A DNA stretch of 64,000 nt. Source: an uncultured Prevotella sp. (GTDB lineage Bacteria; Bacteroidota; Bacteroidia; Bacteroidales; Bacteroidaceae). The number at the start of each line of letters is the position of its first letter. Within the stretch, counting starts at the first letter, position 1. The stretch is taken from NCBI GenBank assembly GCA_900548195.1, contig URJQ01000001.1:1467-65466 (forward strand), read 5' to 3'. The translations under genes and the position numbers were made by a program. The notes beneath the pieces are model-generated. The model was not told where the DNA came from. It ran no database searches and saw nothing but the letters and a program-made list of their open reading frames with translations. Shown here in pieces: positions 56,175-64,000 of the stretch.

Positions 56175-59100
56175 ATGTCAAAGGTTAAAACAATATTGAC
56201 ACTGTTGCTCTGTGTATTGGCGCAGATGGTCATGGCGCAGTCAAAGGTCATTTCCGGTACGGTAGAAGATGCACTGGGACCTGTCATGATGGCTAATGTG
56301 ACCGAACGAGACGGAAACAACCGTATCGTAAATGCTACGCAGACCGATATGATGGGTAACTTCTCTATGGAGATAAAGAACCCAAAGAATAAACTTGTCA
56401 TCTCTTATGTCGGTTCAAAGACACAGACACTTACCATCGGTGACAAGACTACATTTGCCATCAAACTCGAAGATGAGAAAACTACACTGAATGAAGTGAC
56501 CGTAAAAGGTCGCCGTACTAACTCTGGTGGACTTAATATCAACAAGAAAGAGATTACTACTGCACAGCAGACATTCGACCTTTCTGAGGTAGAAGGTATG
56601 GCTTTCACCTCTGCCGACGAAGCTCTCCAGGGTGAAATTGCTGGTCTTGATATCGTGAGCAATTCCGGTAACCTCGGTGCTGGTACCACAATGCGTCTCC
56701 GTGGTGTTACTACCATCAACGGAAATGCAGAGCCTCTTATCGTTGTTGACGACAAAATCTTCGACAATCCTGACCAGAGCTTCGACTTCACAGCGCCTAC
56801 AGAGGAAGACTATGCGTCCCTCCTTTCTGTCAATGTGGAGGATATCGCAAACATTTCTGTACTCAAAGACGCTGCCGCAACAGCCATCTGGGGTTCTAAA
56901 GGTGCTAACGGTGTCATCATGATTACCACAAAGCGTGGTTCTCGTGGTAAACCATCTGTCAACTTCTCATATAAGTTTACTGGCACATGGCAGCCTAAGG
57001 GCTATACTCTCCTTAATGGTGACGACTACTCTATGCTTCTCAAAGAGGAGTACTATAACCCTAACCAGTCAAATACTGCAACATCAAACATCCGTGAGAT
57101 TAACTATGACAAGTCATGGGCAGACTACGAAAACTGGAATAACAACACTGATTGGGTGAAGGCTGTTACTCAGTTTGGTGCTCTTCATTCCTACAACCTC
57201 AATATATCAGGTGGTGGTAAGAAGGCTACTTTCCGTATCTCAGGTGGCTATGACCATCAGACAGGTTCCATCATTAAGCAGGAGCTCAACCGTCTCTCTA
57301 CACGTCTCGTGCTCGACTACAACGTGTCAGACCGTATTCGCTTCTCCACTAACTTCGCTTTGGTATATACAGACAACCTCCAGAACTATGTAGGTCTCCT
57401 CGGTATCGCACAGAAAATGGCTCCTAACATGAGTATCTATCGTCAGGATGCTAATGGATATGATACCAATGACTACTATATCATGGCGCCAGAAGGTACT
57501 CTTAATGGTAATACTCCTTATACAGGCAACTATTCTTCTTACGAATTGCGCTCTATTCGCGCACTCGGTAACCCTGTAGCATACGCAAATCTCTCATGGA
57601 AACGTGATAAGACTTACCGTATTACCCCTGACTTCAACATCAAGTATGAGCTTCTTGGCACAGAATCACAGAAGAGTCGTCTGACATTCAATGGTAGAGT
57701 AGATTTTGATATCTATGCTCGCTCAGTGCCAACATACTGTTCTGCTGGCGTACAGTCAATGGTTTGGAACGATGGTGGCTACAGTCCTGCTGATAATACA
57801 GAGTCTAACCGCCTGAAAGTAGGTGGTCGTGCCGAATTCGTATTTACTCCATACTTCAAGAATGAAGATATTACAATGTCAATGCTTGCTCGTTATGAGA
57901 TGAGTACACAGAGATATTCTTCACAATACATCGGTGAATACTCTCTTCCTGGCGGCATTACTTCTCCTACAGTGGATGCGGCTATCAAGAATCTCTCAAG
58001 TAGCAACAGCCGTTCTAACTCACAGAACATCACTTACAACAGTCACTTCTCATACAAGGAGCGTTATAACCTCGGATTCTCTCTTCGTGCTGACGGCGAC
58101 TCTAAGTTCGGACCAAAGCAGAAATGGGCATATTTCCCAGGCTTATCTCTGCGTTATAACCTCTCTGAAGAGCCATTCTTCAAGTCTATTCGCGATGTAG
58201 TCTCAATGGCTGCGCTTCGTCTCTCTTGGGGTGTAAACGGTAAAGCTCCTGATAGCGACTACCTCTTCTATAATACTTATAGTAGTGGTACAGGCGCTTA
58301 TGGTTCGTATAGTAAGATGGATGGACTCAAACTCGATGACCTTCGTTGGGAAAAGACCACTTCTTACAACGTCGGAGCAAACTTTGGTTTCCTCGATGAC
58401 ATCATTGAAATAGATTTCGATTACTATCATAAGGACACCAAAGACCTCCTTCAGAAGAGCGTTACCATTCCTACTACCACAGGTTATCCTACTCTCGCTT
58501 ACCAGAATGTAGGTCGCATGACCAATGATGGATGGGAATTGAACATCAATGCCAATAAGTTTATCAAGACTAAGAAGTTCTCTCTCTCAGCAGGTTTCAA
58601 TATTTCTCAGAACTATAATGAGATTAAAGAAATGGACCAGCGTGTGCTTGATAACGTAAACTCAAGTTGGACAGCTACTTCTCGTGGCTCTTTCCAGAAC
58701 CGTATTCAGGTAGGAAACCCTCTCGGTTCTATCTATGGTTTCCGCTATAAGGGAGTTTACCAGTACACATACGACTGGCTTATCAATGAGCAGACAGAAA
58801 AGGGATGGACTACAGACGAGTTTGAAGCAGCTATCAATGGTATGCTTGCAGAGGGCAAAACAATGCCAGTAGTCGTAGGTGCTGACGGTAAAGTGATTAT
58901 GAAATCAAACGGTCAGCCACAGCGTATGGTGTATAACTACAATGAAGGCACTGCTACATATTCATTCCAAGGTGGTGATGCCATCTATGAGGATGTCAAT
59001 CATGACGGTCAAATCAATGCTCTTGACATCGTATATCTCGGCAATTCATTGCCAAAACTCAGCGGTGGTTTCAACTTTAACGTAACTTACGGACGTTGGG

Positions 59101-59552
59101 GACTTCGTGCTCGCTTTATGTATCGTTATGGTAATAAGGTGGTTAATGCAGCACGTATGTCGCTTGAAAATATGTCAGGAGCTTACAATCAGTGCTCTAC
59201 AGTAAACTGGCGTTGGCGTAAGGACGGTGATGTAACTCCAATCCCACGTGCAATTTACGTATATGATAACGGTTCTGCATACAACAGTCAGGGCTCTGAC
59301 CGCTATGTAGAAGATGGCTCTTTCGTACGTTTCCAGAATCTCCAGATTTCTTATAACTTCAACAAGAAGCTCATAAAGAAGTGGGGAATCAACAGATTGC
59401 AGTTCTATGCTTCTGTAAACAACCTCTTCTGTTGGACTCGTTACTCAGGTGTTGACCCTGAAATCTCAGTAGGTGGATGGGGAGTAGCGACAGATAGTTC
59501 GCAGACCCCACGCTCTAAGTCATTCACAGCAAGCGTCCAGGTTGGTTTCTAA
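56175..59552 (+). CDS. susC: SusC/RagA TonB-dependent transporter
   Basis: ALQGEIAGL, EPLIVVD, ISVLKDAAATAIWGSKGANGVIMITTKRG, RWEKT, YSGVDPE; ends in Phe. Confidence 0.95.
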   Translation: MSKVKTILTLLLCVLAQMVMAQSKVISGTVEDALGPVMMANVTERDGNNRIVNATQTDMMGNFSMEIKNPKNKLVISYVGSKTQTLTIGDKTTFAIKLEDEKTTLNEVTVKGRRTNSGGLNINKKEITTAQQTFDLSEVEGMAFTSADEALQGEIAGLDIVSNSGNLGAGTTMRLRGVTTINGNAEPLIVVDDKIFDNPDQSFDFTAPTEEDYASLLSVNVEDIANISVLKDAAATAIWGSKGANGVIMITTKRGSRGKPSVNFSYKFTGTWQPKGYTLLNGDDYSMLLKEEYYNPNQSNTATSNIREINYDKSWADYENWNNNTDWVKAVTQFGALHSYNLNISGGGKKATFRISGGYDHQTGSIIKQELNRLSTRLVLDYNVSDRIRFSTNFALVYTDNLQNYVGLLGIAQKMAPNMSIYRQDANGYDTNDYYIMAPEGTLNGNTPYTGNYSSYELRSIRALGNPVAYANLSWKRDKTYRITPDFNIKYELLGTESQKSRLTFNGRVDFDIYARSVPTYCSAGVQSMVWNDGGYSPADNTESNRLKVGGRAEFVFTPYFKNEDITMSMLARYEMSTQRYSSQYIGEYSLPGGITSPTVDAAIKNLSSSNSRSNSQNITYNSHFSYKERYNLGFSLRADGDSKFGPKQKWAYFPGLSLRYNLSEEPFFKSIRDVVSMAALRLSWGVNGKAPDSDYLFYNTYSSGTGAYGSYSKMDGLKLDDLRWEKTTSYNVGANFGFLDDIIEIDFDYYHKDTKDLLQKSVTIPTTTGYPTLAYQNVGRMTNDGWELNINANKFIKTKKFSLSAGFNISQNYNEIKEMDQRVLDNVNSSWTATSRGSFQNRIQVGNPLGSIYGFRYKGVYQYTYDWLINEQTEKGWTTDEFEAAINGMLAEGKTMPVVVGADGKVIMKSNGQPQRMVYNYNEGTATYSFQGGDAIYEDVNHDGQINALDIVYLGNSLPKLSGGFNFNVTYGRWGLRARFMYRYGNKVVNAARMSLENMSGAYNQCSTVNWRWRKDGDVTPIPRAIYVYDNGSAYNSQGSDRYVEDGSFVRFQNLQISYNFNKKLIKKWGINRLQFYASVNNLFCWTRYSGVDPEISVGGWGVATDSSQTPRSKSFTASVQVGF

Positions 59553-59582
59553 TATAGAGTAAAGCATAATGTAACAAGATCA

Positions 59583-61505
59583 ATGAAAAAAGTTATGAAA
59601 ATAAATATTTCAAAATATATCAGAGCAAGTAGAACGACATTCTACGTTACGCTTTATTCGCTGCTCTCTGCTACTCTCGCTTCATGCGTAGATACCATCA
59701 TTCTCCCGGATGATAAGACCGTGGAGGAAGACTGGTGGCAGAAGAAAGAACAGGTGGATAACATGGTGAACGGTGCTTACAATGCTATGGCTTCTACTAA
59801 TGTTCAGTTCCGTCTTATCGTGTGGTCTTCACGTTCTGACGAACTGACTGTCAATACATCGCTCAGTAACAGTTCGCTTAATCAGATTAACTCTGCTAAT
59901 ATCCAGACCACCAACACCTATGCTAACTGGGGTGACCTCTACAGTGTCATCAACTGTTGCAACCTTGTCATTGACAAATCGGCAGAAGTGATGAACATAG
60001 ACCCAAGTTATCTTGAGGGCGACCATAATAATAATGTGGCTCAGATGAAGGCACTTCGTGCTCTTTGCTATCTGTATCTCATCCGTACTTTCCGTGACGT
60101 GCCATTGGTGCTCACACCTTTCAAGCAAAGTTCACAGGAACTGAATGTGCCTCAGGTGGCTCCAGGCGTGGTACTTGATCAGATTATCGCTGACCTTGAG
60201 GAGGTAAAGAATAATACTCTCTCTACTTCCAACATCTATACACAGTGGCAGAAGATGGGTAAGATAACCCGAAATGGTGTCTATGCCATCCTTGCAGACG
60301 CTTATCTCTGGCGTGCTTCCATCCTCGGAAACGAGTCAGATTACGACAAGTGTATCGAATGTTGTGACTATATCCGCAATCAGCACTCTAATGCGACAGG
60401 CGGAAACTCCGGGTTCAGACCACAAGCAACAGAGGATGATGGTTGGAATCTCAATCGCGCAAGCAGTTACTACAGTGTCTTTAATGGCAAAGATGATGAA
60501 TCTCTCTTTGAGCTTTGCTATAATGATAACACTGGTCTCTGCAATGCTTATTACAAATATAAGAACTCAAGTTCAGCACAGCCTTACTTCTACACCACTC
60601 CAGCCTTTGGTAAGGCAGATAAAGATCAGTCAAGTTCTGTATTCTGCGAGGATGATGCAGCATACGATGTACGTGGTTTCGAGAGCGTATATGGCTTCAA
60701 CGAGGATAATGAAGAGGCTATTCGTGTTCGTAAATACGTAGCTCTTAATGGTCTGCTTGGACAATTAAAGGCAGAACATACACCTCAGCGTGACTACACT
60801 CCTTATCAGAACAACTGGGTAGTATATCGTGCTTCCGACGTTATGCTGATGAAAGCCGAGGCAATGACTCAGAAGGCAGCACTCATTATCAAGGCTGCTG
60901 ATGCCGAATATGAGAAACTTGCCAGTGCATCTACTCTCAGTGACTCTCTCGCTATCGCGCAGAATCTTGAGCAAGTGAATATCAAGGCTGCTTCTCTTAC
61001 ACAGACAGCGTGCCGTCAGGTGCAGATAGTCCACACTCGTGCCCTTACAGATGAGAAGGAATGTACAGTGGATTCTACAGCTTATAGCTTCACTACCATC
61101 GACCAAGATGATGCTTCTGCATACGTAAAACGTCAGGTAACAGGCTATAATACCCTTGCTACCAACGTCACAACTCTTGAGACTCTCGTCTTGAATGAGC
61201 GTGCTCGCGAGCTTTGCTTCGAGGGAAAGCGTTGGTTTGACCTCTTGCGTTACAACTATCGCCATGTGGAAGGAGTGGATTATTACAGACTTCTGACTGA
61301 CTTCGGTGGCAAATACGTTACCAATTACTCTGGTTTCAATACCTATATACAGCGTAAGAACTCAGGTGGTTCAGCCATTGTGGCAAAGATGCCGTCAGAG
61401 CCTTATCTCTATATGCCTATCATAAAGAGTGAGACAGACGTTAATTCACTTCTGAAGCAGAACCCTGTATATTCAGACAACTCCACAATAGACAAGAATT
61501 ACTAA
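59583..61505 (+). CDS. susD: SusD/RagB family lipoprotein
   Basis: Lipobox LASC; LRALCYLYLIRTFRDVP, YRASDVMLMKAEA, ERARELCFEGKRWFDLLR, QNPVY; start could be ATG 59595. Confidence 0.92.
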   Translation: MKKVMKINISKYIRASRTTFYVTLYSLLSATLASCVDTIILPDDKTVEEDWWQKKEQVDNMVNGAYNAMASTNVQFRLIVWSSRSDELTVNTSLSNSSLNQINSANIQTTNTYANWGDLYSVINCCNLVIDKSAEVMNIDPSYLEGDHNNNVAQMKALRALCYLYLIRTFRDVPLVLTPFKQSSQELNVPQVAPGVVLDQIIADLEEVKNNTLSTSNIYTQWQKMGKITRNGVYAILADAYLWRASILGNESDYDKCIECCDYIRNQHSNATGGNSGFRPQATEDDGWNLNRASSYYSVFNGKDDESLFELCYNDNTGLCNAYYKYKNSSSAQPYFYTTPAFGKADKDQSSSVFCEDDAAYDVRGFESVYGFNEDNEEAIRVRKYVALNGLLGQLKAEHTPQRDYTPYQNNWVVYRASDVMLMKAEAMTQKAALIIKAADAEYEKLASASTLSDSLAIAQNLEQVNIKAASLTQTACRQVQIVHTRALTDEKECTVDSTAYSFTTIDQDDASAYVKRQVTGYNTLATNVTTLETLVLNERARELCFEGKRWFDLLRYNYRHVEGVDYYRLLTDFGGKYVTNYSGFNTYIQRKNSGGSAIVAKMPSEPYLYMPIIKSETDVNSLLKQNPVYSDNSTIDKNY

Positions 61506-61607
61506 TCTCATTTATATATAGTAATATAGAAAAGAGAATAAAAACAAGTGGTTTTTGATAAAAGAACAAGAACATAGTTTCTTTGACTTTCAAACACGAT
61601 ATATAAT

Positions 61608-63812
61608 ATGAATAAGAATATAATAAAGATAGCACTTGGAGTGATGTTTGGATCAGCAGTGGGTCTTACATCATGTGTCAAGGAAATCGATGAGTCCAAT
61701 CTCTATACTTTCACAGGTCAGACCATCGAAGACTACCTGGAGGCTAACGACTCCCTTTTCTCTGACTTCAATGTCATCATGGAGCGTTCGGGCTACAATC
61801 GCCAGATGTCCTCTTATGGACAATACACTTGCTATGCTCCTGTCAACAGTGGAGTAAGAAAGTATATCGACAGCCTTTACAATGATACCACTGACTATGT
61901 AGAGGATGCTGCAGGAGCGAAGACCTTTCTGCATCATGGAATGACAGAAAATTCCCTTGAGGGACTCACTGACTCTCTCTGTAAGGAGATAGCTCAGTAT
62001 CATATTTCTGCAATGCTCGTTTCCTACATTGACCAGCTTAGTAATGTGAATGGTGCTTCTATAGCTACGATTCTCAATACTCCTTTCATTTCAAAGCTTG
62101 GCAATGATGGTGTAGTAAGATTCAATGATGTATCAGAAGTGCTTGAGTTTGACCAGGAAATGACCAATGGATACGTTCACGTAATCAGTGACGTGATTCC
62201 TCGTACCACCCAGAAGGTGGACAAGGTGTTCAACCGTCATAAGGAGTTCAGCATCTTCTATGATGCTCTCCGTCTGACAGGTCTTGCCGACACCCTCAAC
62301 GGTCCAGTGAAGAAGGACGCTACCTACAGTCTTGACAACATATCAGGTCGTCCAGGTCCCAGTTCTATGGCAAGCGGTAGATACTTTGTTCCAAAGGAGT
62401 GTAAGATTTCATATACCGTCTTTGCAGAGACCAATGAGACACTGGCAAGATATGGTATTACAGATTTTGAGTCTCTGAAAGCAAAGTGTATCGAATGGTA
62501 TGCTAATGCAAAGGAATGGTACGACTATCCTGGCAAGGATGAATATAAGATCAGCACAGGCGATGACTACACCTATAAATATAATGTGGTGAATATGTTT
62601 ATGCGCTATCATATCATCAAGGCTGGTATGACAAAGTCAAAACTGACTTATGTCCGTAATACAGCAAATCAGAATTGGAACTATGCCTTCGGCGGTGAGC
62701 CATTCGATTACTATGAGACAATGCTCCCACATGCTCTCATGAAGATATGGCAGCCACTCTATCAGAACACTGGATCGCAGACAAATATCTGGATCAACCG
62801 TTATCGTCAGAACAATACTCTTACTGATGAAATCGGAACAATGGGTAGCGATGAGACCCACCAGATTATCAAGCAGGGCGTAATGATAAGCAATAAGGCT
62901 GCTGATATTCAGGCTTACAATGGTTATATCCACACTATTGAGGATGTCCTCGTATATGATGCCGACGTGCCAAACCATGTTCTCCATGAGCGTATGCGTA
63001 TTGACTCAGGCTCTATGCTCTATGAATTGATAAGCAACAATATCCGTTATGCTACTCCTGCCGAGATTGGAGCTCGTAATCTCTCCAGCAATGATGGCAC
63101 GATGGTGCGTCTGCCTCTCGATTATTTCGATAATCTCGTAAGCTATAATCAGAAGACCAAGCTGGCATGGTACTGCACAGGCTCATGGCGTGCATGGCAG
63201 GCAGACCAGATTTCTGGTTGGGACGAGTACGACTTTGCCGTTCGTCTCCCTGCTGTTCCTACCGGAGACTATGAGATTCGTGTCATCTTCCCTCCTATGC
63301 AATACGGTGGATTGATGCAGTATTACCTCGGTACCTCCAGCGACCCATCGTCCATGCAGCCACTCGGCATTCCTTTCGATGCTCGTTATCCTAACTCTGA
63401 GAACGAAGCTGACCGTGATGCTACTGGCTATATGCTCTCTTCTGAGTTCTCCGACTATGGTGTAGCTTCCGACCTCGTAATGCGCAACCACGGTTATATG
63501 CGTGCTCCTGCATCATTCGCTCGTGGTAATGGCGATGGAAAGGGACGTGCAAATCCTATCTACACCCGTATCACAGACCCATCAACGATGCTCACATCTC
63601 TCATCAACTGCTGTCGTTATGAGGAAGGTTACGGCACATCCATGATGCGTAAGATTCTTGGCACTGTCCATATCGACCAGAGCAAGGAGTACTGGTTGCG
63701 TATCAAGAACCTCCTTACGGGTTACGATCAGCTTGGTTTCTCTTTCGATTTCCTCGAACTTGTGCCTGTAGATATCGTCAATTCTCAGGATTATACCGAG
63801 GACTGGTACTAA
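61608..63812 (+). CDS. Fasciclin-domain surface lipoprotein
   Basis: Lipobox LTSC; YTCYAPVN, TNGYVHVI, YTVFAETN, MRYHII, NGYIHTIEDVL. Confidence 0.87.
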   Translation: MNKNIIKIALGVMFGSAVGLTSCVKEIDESNLYTFTGQTIEDYLEANDSLFSDFNVIMERSGYNRQMSSYGQYTCYAPVNSGVRKYIDSLYNDTTDYVEDAAGAKTFLHHGMTENSLEGLTDSLCKEIAQYHISAMLVSYIDQLSNVNGASIATILNTPFISKLGNDGVVRFNDVSEVLEFDQEMTNGYVHVISDVIPRTTQKVDKVFNRHKEFSIFYDALRLTGLADTLNGPVKKDATYSLDNISGRPGPSSMASGRYFVPKECKISYTVFAETNETLARYGITDFESLKAKCIEWYANAKEWYDYPGKDEYKISTGDDYTYKYNVVNMFMRYHIIKAGMTKSKLTYVRNTANQNWNYAFGGEPFDYYETMLPHALMKIWQPLYQNTGSQTNIWINRYRQNNTLTDEIGTMGSDETHQIIKQGVMISNKAADIQAYNGYIHTIEDVLVYDADVPNHVLHERMRIDSGSMLYELISNNIRYATPAEIGARNLSSNDGTMVRLPLDYFDNLVSYNQKTKLAWYCTGSWRAWQADQISGWDEYDFAVRLPAVPTGDYEIRVIFPPMQYGGLMQYYLGTSSDPSSMQPLGIPFDARYPNSENEADRDATGYMLSSEFSDYGVASDLVMRNHGYMRAPASFARGNGDGKGRANPIYTRITDPSTMLTSLINCCRYEEGYGTSMMRKILGTVHIDQSKEYWLRIKNLLTGYDQLGFSFDFLELVPVDIVNSQDYTEDWY

Positions 63813-63919
63813 TTCATGGAAACCGTCCTGTACCTAAATACAGGTCAGGTAATCCTGAAAATCCAAGATATTGTTATCATAGAATAACGGGACACCCCAG
63901 AAAAGAATAAAGAAAATAT

Positions 63920-64000
63920 ATGAAAAAAACAAATAAAATAGGTATGATGATGGTAGCAGGCTGTATGCTTGCTGCCACCTCATGCTCTGATTTCAGCGAC
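63920..64000 (+). CDS. Start of a further PUL lipoprotein (partial)
   Basis: MKKTNKIGMMMVAGCMLAATSCSDFSD, lipobox ATSC; frame open to the window end. Confidence 0.7.
   Translation, partial: MKKTNKIGMMMVAGCMLAATSCSDFSD

Noticed and set aside
1..64000. Autonomous mobile elements, prophage or defence genes
   Set aside because: No transposase, integrase, reverse transcriptase, phage or restriction/toxin motif was recognised in any ORF.

Overview
Bacteroidota chromosomal window, most likely Prevotellaceae (SusC/SusD pairs, TAnnTTTG -7 promoters, short T9SS-type C-terminal tails). Left end (1-13.5 kb): a GH30 glycanase running off the window edge and an arabinan-type polysaccharide utilisation locus (GH43, multi-repeat surface glycan-binding lipoprotein, SusD, SusC, divergent GH51) with a candidate GT-N7-AC operator. 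Middle (14-42.5 kb): housekeeping block (nucleotidyltransferase, DHH, glmM, SRP RNA + tRNA-Thr, GT2, apbE, Crp/Fnr, dcp, dCMP deaminase, S41, 5-FTHF cyclo-ligase, DUF721/DciA, recF, TPR, ribH-like, fhs, RelA/SpoT-like, PHP, thiL, lpxK, sppA). Right end (43.4-64 kb): rhamnogalacturonan-I type locus (CE12, PL11 with beta-helix stalk, large secreted non-catalytic protein, fasciclin lipoproteins, SusC/SusD). I found no transposase, integrase, phage gene or CRISPR array. The least explained signal is intergenic: four arrays of a 17-bp palindrome at an exact 22-bp period, each near a 25-bp dyad; heptamer-armed inverted-repeat elements flanking the PHP gene; octamer hairpins starting at stop codons; REP-like and AT-rich inverted-repeat families; and a five-tract G-quadruplex motif. 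Two proteins look catalytically remodelled: a RibH with active-site substitutions and a long RSH with a degenerate synthetase domain. All calls come from manual reading; no database searches were run.
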